Positions 56,826 to 64,000 of a stretch of DNA of 64,000 nucleotides are shown piece by piece. A program made the translations under genes and the position numbers. The stretch lies in the UHGV virus genome UHGV-0128973. One strand, given 5' to 3'. Every line of letters starts with the position of its first letter. Position 1 is the first letter of the stretch. A model generated the notes under the pieces. It saw nothing but the letters and a program-made list of their open reading frames with translations, made no database searches and was not told the DNA's origin. The DNA comes from a virus.

Positions 56826-57184
56826 GAGTTGCAGATCACATCAAACACCTTGAAAGAATTATCGAAAACGGTGAACTCTTAAGAGATCAGATGAGACGCA
56901 CGGCAGAAGTCAGAGAGGCGATAATCCGCAGTCAGGCTGGTAAATTAAAGCAATTATCAGAGATTAACGCGCTATACAAGAACAGACGTAACCGGGCGGC
57001 GCTGCGGCTTCAGAAAGCACGTAATGAAATTAAATTGGTGGAGGCAAAACTGAAAAAACAGATTCAGCGTTACGATCAGCAAGATGCTTTTTATGCCGCC
57101 ATCAAGGCGGCTGCTAATGAAATAGGCATCTGGAAGTTGCTGGTGGAGAAAGCAAAGACGAAGTTAAATGCCAACGAAAGCTGA
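56822..57184 (+). CDS. Coiled-coil protein (120 aa).
   Basis: Its start overlaps the preceding stop (ATGA). Basic, heptad-like sequence. Confidence 0.45.
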   Translation: MRVADHIKHLERIIENGELLRDQMRRTAEVREAIIRSQAGKLKQLSEINALYKNRRNRAALRLQKARNEIKLVEAKLKKQIQRYDQQDAFYAAIKAAANEIGIWKLLVEKAKTKLNANES

Positions 57185-57258
57185 ACTACAGATACCCACC
57201 AGCACATACAGAAAATGATTGTTTCCACATCAAGGAGGTTTTAATGTTTCACTGAACA

Positions 57259-57396
57259 TTAAGTAAGCCAGTGCATAATTCCATTTTTTACTGACCTTAA
57301 AAGCAAAATCAAAACGATGATGAGGATGATCGCCAGAATCTGGCTAATAACAGGCGCATCTAAAAATGCACTCAGGAACTGAAAAAAAGCAGTCAT
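57259..57396 (-). CDS. Candidate small hydrophobic peptide (45 aa; below the ORF-track cutoff).
   Basis: MTAFFQFLSAFLDAPVISQILAIILIIVLILLLRSVKNGIMHWLT, with an AAGGAACC RBS-like sequence 7 nt upstream. Confidence 0.35.
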   Translation of the reverse strand: MTAFFQFLSAFLDAPVISQILAIILIIVLILLLRSVKNGIMHWLT

Positions 57397-57844
57397 TAAG
57401 GTGGTTCCTTGTCAAATGTAAAGGAGCACTTGCTCACGTTGACGTAGAAACCCAACCCCTATATAGTTGGATTCGGTGAAAGAAAGTCGTTAACGTGAGC
57501 TTACGGCACATGTTTTCGGAACAACATCAGGGAACGGCTAATTCCTTGATGCGGATGGGGTCTGTAATGCAGACCCTATCTATTAACGTCATGATTGCAT
57601 CTCAAATTTTCTCCTTATCTTCATTAATCAAAATTCATTTCATTTGTGAAACATCACAATATTTAGAAAATGGCCCTCTTGCAAGTGCATAACTTTGTGG
57701 ATAAATCAGGAAGAAAAAAGTTGATTCTGCGCACGGCAAGGCAGATAAGCTGTGCACAAAAATCAATGGGAAAAGAAAAAAATTAAAAGTTACTTTGCTG
57801 GTTAAATAATAGTCGTTACGCAATTGTTCTGGATGGGATTTGAT

Positions 57845-58096
57845 ATGCACGATTGGAATATTGCAGCTAAAAGTCAGGAAGAACGGGATAAGGTTAACGT
57901 TGATCTGGCTGCCAGCGGTGTGGCGTACAAAGAGCGATTGAACATACCTGTCATAGCTGAACAGGTAGCCCGCGAGCAACCAGAGAATCTGCGCACCTAT
58001 TTCATGGAACGGTTACGGCACTATCGGCAGTTAAGCCTCCAGTTGCCAAAAGGGAGCGATCCGGTGTATCAGAACGAGGATGCACCAAAAAAATAA
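57845..58096 (+). CDS. hot: Hot, homologue of the DNA polymerase III theta subunit (83 aa).
   Basis: [36 protein letters not shown] aligns with E. coli HolE ([36 protein letters not shown]). Confidence 0.9.
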   Translation: MHDWNIAAKSQEERDKVNVDLAASGVAYKERLNIPVIAEQVAREQPENLRTYFMERLRHYRQLSLQLPKGSDPVYQNEDAPKK

Positions 58097-58181
58097 CGGC
58101 AAGATGGGGGAGAAATGTGATTAGCCCCCAGCGTGGCGCGCCTACAAACCCCGCTTTCACAAACTATGCCTTTTCAATGTA

Positions 58182-58201
58182 TACTGTATGAATAAACAGT
58201 A
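58182..58201 (+). promoter_or_regulatory. LexA (SOS) box upstream of humD.
   Basis: TACTGTATGAATAAACAGTA fits the consensus TACTG(TA)5CAGTA. Confidence 0.85.
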
Positions 58202-58219
58202 TCATTGAGGTAAAACGCT

Positions 58220-58609
58220 ATGGGCTTCCCTTCTCCTGCGGCAGATTATGTTGAAAGCCGAATTTCTCTTGATCAGCAGATAATTAGACATCCTTCAGCG
58301 ACCTACTTCATGCGGGCAGCTGATAGCCATCACCGTGAGGGAATATTGCAGGGTGCTTTGCTGGTGGTTGATTCCTCGCTTACTCCGGTTGATGGTTCTC
58401 TGCTTGTGTGCGCTATGGAGGGTGAATATCGCATAAAGAGATACAGGAAGTATCCGCGCCAGCACCTGGAGGACTTAAGCACCGGGAAGAAAGAGGCGTT
58501 ACCAGTAGACGACGATGGATACACGGGCAGTAATGCTGTTTTTGGTGTGATCACTCATGTCATCAATGATGCCCGAAGTGGGGAATTTGATGATTGTCCG
58601 GTTATTTAA
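58220..58609 (+). CDS. humD: HumD, a UmuD' homologue (129 aa).
   Basis: S24 peptidase/UmuD family (FPSPAADY..., Ser-Lys fold region) preceded by an SOS box. Confidence 0.85.
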   Translation: MGFPSPAADYVESRISLDQQIIRHPSATYFMRAADSHHREGILQGALLVVDSSLTPVDGSLLVCAMEGEYRIKRYRKYPRQHLEDLSTGKKEALPVDDDGYTGSNAVFGVITHVINDARSGEFDDCPVI

Positions 58610-58619
58610 GCTGCAAAGT

Positions 58620-58680
58620 GCTGGTGCTTTATGCCTGTGAAGTTTATAATTGTGTACACATAACGAGTACACGAGGTGTT
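58620..58680 (+). promoter_or_regulatory. phd-doc promoter/operator region.
   Basis: TATAAT at 58645-58650, followed by the palindromic GTGTACAC and GAGTACAC sites. Confidence 0.55.
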
Positions 58681-58681
58681 T

Positions 58682-58903
58682 ATGCAATCCATTAACTTCC
58701 GTACCGCGCGTGGCAACCTTTCTGAAGTGCTCAACAATGTTGAAGCCGGGGAAGAGGTTGAAATCACCCGCAGAGGCCGTGAGCCAGCAGTAATTGTCAG
58801 CAAGGCTACTTTCGAAGCCTACAAAAAAGCGGCGCTGGATGCTGAATTTGCATCCCTGTTTGACACCCTGGACTCCACCAACAAGGAACTGGTTAACCGA
58901 TAA
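58682..58903 (+). CDS. phd: Phd antitoxin (73 aa).
   Basis: [49 protein letters not shown] is recognisably P1 Phd. Confidence 0.95.
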
Positions 58904-59283
58904 TGAGGCATATATCACCGGAAGAACTTATTGCGCTTCATGATGCGAATATAAGCCGCTACGGCGGCCTGCCGGGAATGTCAGATCCGGGTAGGGCAGA
59001 GGCCATTATCGGGAGAGTTCAGGCCAGAGTTGCCTACGAAGAGATCACCGACCTTTTCGAAGTCTCCGCCACCTACCTGGTGGCTACGGCGAGAGGGCAT
59101 ATATTCAATGATGCCAATAAGCGTACCGCGCTAAACAGTGCGCTGCTATTTCTACGCCGTAACGGGGTGCAGGTATTTGATTCACCTGAACTGGCAGACC
59201 TTACCGTAGGCGCTGCGACTGGCGAGATATCTGTATCTTCTGTCGCCGACACGTTACGTAGATTGTATGGTTCTGCGGAGTAG
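58903..59283 (+). CDS. doc: Doc toxin (Fic-fold kinase; 126 aa).
   Basis: [22 protein letters not shown] and the Fic-like motif [11 protein letters not shown]. Its start overlaps the phd stop. Confidence 0.95.
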
Positions 59284-59287
59284 ATTA

Positions 59288-59467
59288 ATGGCACGCAAAT
59301 ACAACAAATTGTCCCGTGAAGCGTTAAAGATGCTTCTTGATGGCGTGAGTCGCCGCAAGGTAAAGCAATACCTGGTTGGTAAGCAAATTGGAGTCAGGAC
59401 CGCTATTGCTGTGTTATGCCGTCAGGAAATGGTTGTGCTTAAACAGAGAATGCCGGGCAGCAGATAA
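59288..59467 (+). CDS. pdcA: Small protein downstream of doc (59 aa).
   Basis: ATG at 59288 within ORF 59267-59467. P1 synteny. Confidence 0.4.
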   Translation: MARKYNKLSREALKMLLDGVSRRKVKQYLVGKQIGVRTAIAVLCRQEMVVLKQRMPGSR

Positions 59468-59494
59468 AGCCCAATCAGTGATTAAAGGTGTGAT

Positions 59495-60538
59495 GTGAAA
59501 GCCATAATTACTCCCTTTGTACAGAAAGAGCTTGGCCTCGCCACGTTCAAAGTGGATCAGGAGGTCAGAAAGCTGGTGGAGGCTGGCCGTAAATTTATTA
59601 TGGAGCCGGTGCCGCGTGAGTTAATCGAGCACATGGAAGACGGCCTCGTTGTTACCGAGCAAACCATGGCAACAAATGAGGCGTTGCAGCCGTTTTTTAA
59701 CAGCGATGAACTGTTTCGCCGTATTGGTGGAATTGACGCGCTGGTGGCGTGGTTGCGTAGGAAAGAGGGTCAATGCCAGGCCGCAGATCGTAGTTGGTGT
59801 GACAACCATATTGTCCACGCTGAACGAGACAATAGCGCTGTGTTGTTGTGCTGGCATCACGATAACCATTACCGGATGCGTGGTTTTAATGAGCTGAAAG
59901 AAACGCTGCACAATAATCGCGTTAACTGGATACTGGATGTCGCCCGTCAGGAAATGGGCCTTTCAAATAGCCATGATTTAAGTATTCAGGAGCTGTGCTG
60001 GTGGGCTTTCATGCGCAACATGATGCACCTGATGCCGGAAGAAGTCTGCCGCATATCAATAAATAAGATGAAGGCTACTCCGCAGGATAGCGGACCTCTG
60101 AAAGAGGCGGATATTCGCCCGTATGACGATCGCGCTACAGCATATGTTCAGATGATGGAAGAACGCGCCGCGCCGATGCGTGCAAAAGTATGCCCTGTGG
60201 ATGTTGACTCCGACCCAGGTATGGCGCATTTCAAAATACCAAAACTTCAATCGCTAAAATTGCCCGAGTACATGGATTTTGTGGCTTCCCGTCCATGCTG
60301 TGGCTGTGGAGCTGCGGGAGCTGGCGCTCACATTACGCCTTATATCGTTCGTCATAGTCGATTATGCGCGCATGACATTTATGCTATTCCTCTGTGCCAG
60401 TCATGCCAGCGTGATATTGAGCGTGACCGCGATAATTGGGAGAAGACGCACGGTAGGTTGGCGATGCATCAACGATTGTTCTTTGATTACGCGCTTGGAG
60501 TGGGCGTTATCACAAGTCATTCGTCGAGTGTTAGATAA
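59495..60538 (+). CDS. pdcB: Cys-rich protein downstream of doc (347 aa, GTG start).
   Basis: Complete ORF with a C-terminal CCGCG...CQSCQRDIE cluster. P1 synteny. Confidence 0.5.
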   Translation: MKAIITPFVQKELGLATFKVDQEVRKLVEAGRKFIMEPVPRELIEHMEDGLVVTEQTMATNEALQPFFNSDELFRRIGGIDALVAWLRRKEGQCQAADRSWCDNHIVHAERDNSAVLLCWHHDNHYRMRGFNELKETLHNNRVNWILDVARQEMGLSNSHDLSIQELCWWAFMRNMMHLMPEEVCRISINKMKATPQDSGPLKEADIRPYDDRATAYVQMMEERAAPMRAKVCPVDVDSDPGMAHFKIPKLQSLKLPEYMDFVASRPCCGCGAAGAGAHITPYIVRHSRLCAHDIYAIPLCQSCQRDIERDRDNWEKTHGRLAMHQRLFFDYALGVGVITSHSSSVR

Positions 60539-60539
60539 A

Positions 60540-60556
60540 ATTGCTCTAATGTATTG
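60540..60556 (+). promoter_or_regulatory. C1 operator upstream of lpa.
   Basis: ATTGCTCTAATGTATTG matches the 5' 11 nt of the consensus exactly. Confidence 0.65.
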
Positions 60557-60626
60557 CTATTTCTTTAATCGAGGGTATTATATTCCACGTTGATTAGTTG
60601 ACATGGGCTAATCAGTAGGTGACAGG

Positions 60627-61079
60627 ATGTTACTTAACTGGCAGGGACGCCACTTCATGGAAATAAATCACTCACGAATAACATCGTACGAGATTGCGGA
60701 TTACATGATCCGCACTAAATCTCTTCTATCAGCGAAAGAACTCGCAGCAATTCTTGAAAAGGAATACCCGCATCTGGATGTCGATAAGCGCGATGTTTAT
60801 CTGCGCTTAAAGGCTATCGCTGTGTCTAAGTATTCGTCTGTTTTGATTGATGACAGTACACGCCCACGTAGATTTCAGATCCACTCTCTGAATCCTGAAT
60901 TCTTTCGCCGCAGCCGCGCGCCGCGCCGGTTTGATGAAAAACTCCAGAACGAACTCTATATGACGCAGGACGAAAAGGAACGCCGGGAACACCAGCCTTG
61001 GGTAATGGCGCGTCAACTTTTCAATAAGGTAGCCCGTCAGCACCGTCATTACGGTAATGCCACATCCGCACGTATCTGA
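60627..61079 (+). CDS. lpa: Late promoter activator Lpa (150 aa).
   Basis: A C1-operator-controlled ORF directly upstream of pacA, as in P1 (gene 10). Confidence 0.7.
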   Translation: MLLNWQGRHFMEINHSRITSYEIADYMIRTKSLLSAKELAAILEKEYPHLDVDKRDVYLRLKAIAVSKYSSVLIDDSTRPRRFQIHSLNPEFFRRSRAPRRFDEKLQNELYMTQDEKERREHQPWVMARQLFNKVARQHRHYGNATSARI

Positions 61080-61089
61080 TTGATTGCTT

Positions 61090-61108
61090 GCCCGTTCCGG
61101 GCCTTTTG
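61090..61108 (+). terminator. Possible terminator after lpa.
   Basis: GCCCG-TTC-CGGGC followed by CTTTTG. Confidence 0.45.
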
Positions 61109-61164
61109 ACATGTGACTTTCGTTACCCTCGCGTCAAAAAGAGTTTTTACGAAAGGAAGCATAA

Positions 61165-62358
61165 GTGACCTGGGACGATCACAAGAAGAATTTTGCTCGC
61201 CTGGCGCGAGATGGTGGTTACACCATCGCACAGTATGCCGCCGAGTTTAATCTTAACCCTAATACCGCACGTCGTTATCTCCGTGCCTTCAAAGAAGACA
61301 CCAGGACAGCGGACAGCCGCAAGCCAAATAAGCCAGTCAGGAAGCCTCTAAAAAGCATGATCATTGATCACTCTAATGATCAACATGCAGGTGATCATAT
61401 TGCGGCTGAAACAGCGGAAAAACAAAGAGTTAATGCCGTTGTCAGTGCCGCAGTCGAGAATGCGAAGCGCCAAAATAAGCGCATAAATGATCGTTCAGAT
61501 GATCATGACGTGATCACCCGCGCCCACCGGACCTTACGTGATCGCCTGGAACGCGACACCCTGGATGATGATGGTGAACGCTTTGAATTCGAAGCTGGCG
61601 ATTACCTGATAGATAACGTTGAAGCGCGGAAGGCCGCGCGCGCTATGTTGCGTCGGTCCGGGGCCGATGTTCTGGAAACCACTCTTCTGGAAAAGTCTCT
61701 TTCTCATCTCCTTATGCTGGAGAACGCCAGGGATACGTGTATTCGCCTGGTGCAGGAAATGCGCGATCAGCAAAAAGACGATGATGAAGGTACTCCGCCT
61801 GAATACCGTATCGCGAGCATGCTAAACAGCTGTTCCGCGCAGATAAGCAGCCTGATCAACACCATTTACAGCATCCGGAATAACTATCGAAAAGAAAGCC
61901 GGGAGGCGGAAAAGCACGCTTTATCTATGGGGCAAGCTGGCATTGTTAAGCTGGCATACGAACGAAAGCGTGAAAATAACTGGTCAGTGCTGGAAGCGGC
62001 TGAATTCATCGAGGCGCATGGAGGAAAAGTGCCGCCCCTGATGCTGGAGCAAATCAAAGCCGATCTGCGTGCTCCTAAGACCAATACCGATGATGAGGAA
62101 AACCAAACAGCATCTGGCGCTCCATCACTTGAAGATCTGGATAAAATCGCGCGAGAACGGGCCGCCAGCCGCCGCGCTGATGCCGCATTGTGGATTGAGC
62201 ATCGTAGAGAAGAAATTGCCGATATCGTCGATACGGGTGGTTATGGTGATGTCGATGCGGAAGGCATATCAAACGAAGCATGGCTTGAACAGGATCTGGA
62301 CGAAGACGAGGAGGAAGACGAAGAAGTTACCCGCAAACTGTACGGGGATGATGATTAA
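61165..62358 (+). CDS. pacA: Terminase small (pac-recognition) subunit PacA (397 aa, GTG start).
   Basis: A 397-aa ORF that contains the pac hexamer clusters and has an acidic C-terminus. P1 synteny. Confidence 0.9.
61358..61516 (+). other. pac: pac packaging site.
   Basis: Four TGATCA hexamers (61358, 61365, 61377, 61392) and three TGATC(A/G) hexamers (61488, 61500, 61511) flank the cleavage region, giving the 4+3 Dam-methylatable arrangement known for P1 pac. Confidence 0.85.
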
Positions 62359-63842
62359 TGGCCAGAAGTTGCGTAACGGACCCACGTTGGCGCGAGCTGG
62401 TGGCGCTATATCGTTATGACTGGATTGCGGCCGCTGATGTGTTGTTTGGGAAGACACCAACCTGGCAGCAGGATGAGATCATTGAGTCCACGCAGCAGGA
62501 CGGCAGTTGGACAAGTGTGACCTCCGGCCATGGTACTGGTAAATCGGATATGACGAGTATCATTGCAATACTCTTCATCATGTTTTTCCCCGGCGCTCGC
62601 GTCATTCTGGTCGCTAACAAAAGACAGCAAGTCCTTGATGGTATTTTCAAATACATAAAGAGCAATTGGGCTACTGCTGTTAGCAGATTCCCGTGGTTGT
62701 CGAAGTATTTCATTCTTACAGAAACGTCTTTTTTTGAGGTGACTGGCAAGGGTGTTTGGACAATATTGATAAAGTCCTGTCGCCCCGGGAATGAGGAGGC
62801 GTTGGCTGGTGAACACGCCGATCATCTCTTGTATATCATCGACGAAGCGTCGGGTGTGAGTGATAAAGCATTCAGTGTGATAACAGGTGCGCTGACCGGT
62901 AAGGATAACCGTATTCTGCTTCTTTCCCAGCCTACGCGACCTTCAGGCTATTTCTACGATTCACACCACAGACTAGCTATTCGCCCGGGAAATCCTGATG
63001 GATTGTTTACTGCGATAATACTGAATAGTGAAGAATCTCCGCTTGTAGATGCAAAATTTATACGAGCAAAACTTGCGGAGTATGGCGGTCGTGATAACCC
63101 CATGTACATGATCAAAGTACGTGGTGAATTTCCCAAATCTCAAGATGGCTTTCTTCTTGGTCGTGATGAGGTTGAGCGGGCGACGCGGCGAAAGGTCAAG
63201 ATTGCCAAAGGATGGGGCTGGGTTGCATGTGTTGACGTTGCTGGTGGCACAGGACGAGATAAATCCGTTATTAATATCATGATGGTGTCCGGCCAGCGAA
63301 ATAAACGCCGTGTAATCAACTATCGTATGCTGGAATACACAGACGTTACAGAAACGCAGTTAGCCGCCAAGATTTTCGCAGAATGTAACCCAGAACGGTT
63401 CCCGAACATAACCATAGCTATTGATGGCGATGGCTTGGGGAAATCGACGGCTGATCTAATGTACGAACGCTATGGCATTACCGTCCAGCGTATCCGCTGG
63501 GGTAAAAAGATGCACAGCCGTGAAGATAAAAGCCTTTATTTCGATATGCGCGCTTTCGCGAATATTCAGGCGGCAGAAGCTGTAAAATCAGGGCGTATGA
63601 GGCTTGATAAGGGGGCTGCGACTATAGAGGAAGCATCAAAGATACCGGTAGGGATAAATTCCGCAGGTCAATGGAAGGTGATGTCAAAGGAAGATATGAA
63701 GAAAAAACTCAACCTGCACTCACCGGACCATTGGGATACATATTGTTTCGCTATGTTGGCGAACTATGTTCCCCAGGATGAAGTGCTTAGCGTCGAAGAC
63801 GAAGCGCAGGTTGATGAAGCTCTGGCATGGCTTAATGAATAA
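62358..63842 (+). CDS. pacB: Terminase large subunit PacB (494 aa).
   Basis: Walker A-like SGHGTGKS and Walker [11 protein letters not shown]. Its start overlaps the pacA stop. Confidence 0.9.
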
Positions 63843-63866
63843 CTCATTAACCATGCCGGATAGAAA

Positions 63867-64000
63867 CTATTGCGCGCTTTCGGGGTTGTCGTTTACTGGC
63901 TGCCCCTTCTTAGTTTTACGGCTGCGCGTAACTGATGCGGCTGATTTGACCTTTTTCTCTTCGCGAGTGATGGCAATTTGTTTTTTTACATTTTCAATAT
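63867..64000 (-). CDS. c1: C1 repressor, C-terminal 44 codons only (the 5' part lies beyond the right edge).
   Basis: The minus frame reads ...IENVKKQIAITREEKKVKSAASVTRSRKTKKGQPVNDNPESAQ then stop (CTA at 63867-63869). It is in the P1 c1 position, convergent with pacB. Confidence 0.6.
   Translation of the reverse strand, partial: IENVKKQIAITREEKKVKSAASVTRSRKTKKGQPVNDNPESAQ

Overview
This window is about two thirds of a P1-like temperate phage-plasmid genome. The gene order matches phage P1. It runs from tail-fibre gene S, whose 3' end lies beyond the left edge, through the following blocks:
- R-16-bplA-pmgA-sit-pmgB-tub-pmgC
- the immI region (c4 RNA, icd, ant1/2), then kilA-repL
- the sheath and capsid genes 22 and 23
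- parS-parB-parA and a RepA/iteron replicon
- the spanin pair and the uhr-hrdC-dmt operon
- the C1-controlled ban operon (tRNAs, tciABC, ban, dbn)
- baseplate/tail genes 5-6-24-7-25-26
- the pmgL-pmgV/ppp/pap block, then hot, humD, phd-doc, pdcAB, lpa, and pacA (with its pac site)-pacB
- the 3' end of c1 at the right edge

Gene names rest on my recollection of P1 synteny and on recognisable protein motifs. No database search was possible.

Several regions do not fit my memory of the P1 backbone and deserve a second look:
1. A two-gene cassette (a T5orf172/GIY-YIG-like protein plus an 82-86 aa partner) sits between the RepA control iterons and the parA promoter.
2. About 1.4 kb of non-coding, highly structured DNA interleaves with the tRNAs of the ban operon. 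It has a terminated leader RNA, four copies of a conserved long hairpin, a thrice-repeated ACGGG..ATATCCC motif, and a class II tRNA-Tyr-like gene that I do not recall being listed for P1.
3. The sim-like locus encodes two secreted proteins. One carries a copy of a C-terminal peptide motif of the injected Sit protein.
4. A hok/mok/sok module lies next to repL.
5. The replicon has iterons unlike those I recall for P1.
6. The S variable part is very long and repeat-punctuated, and begins at a cix/gix-like site.
7. An Ea22/DUF551-type accessory island lies upstream of hot.
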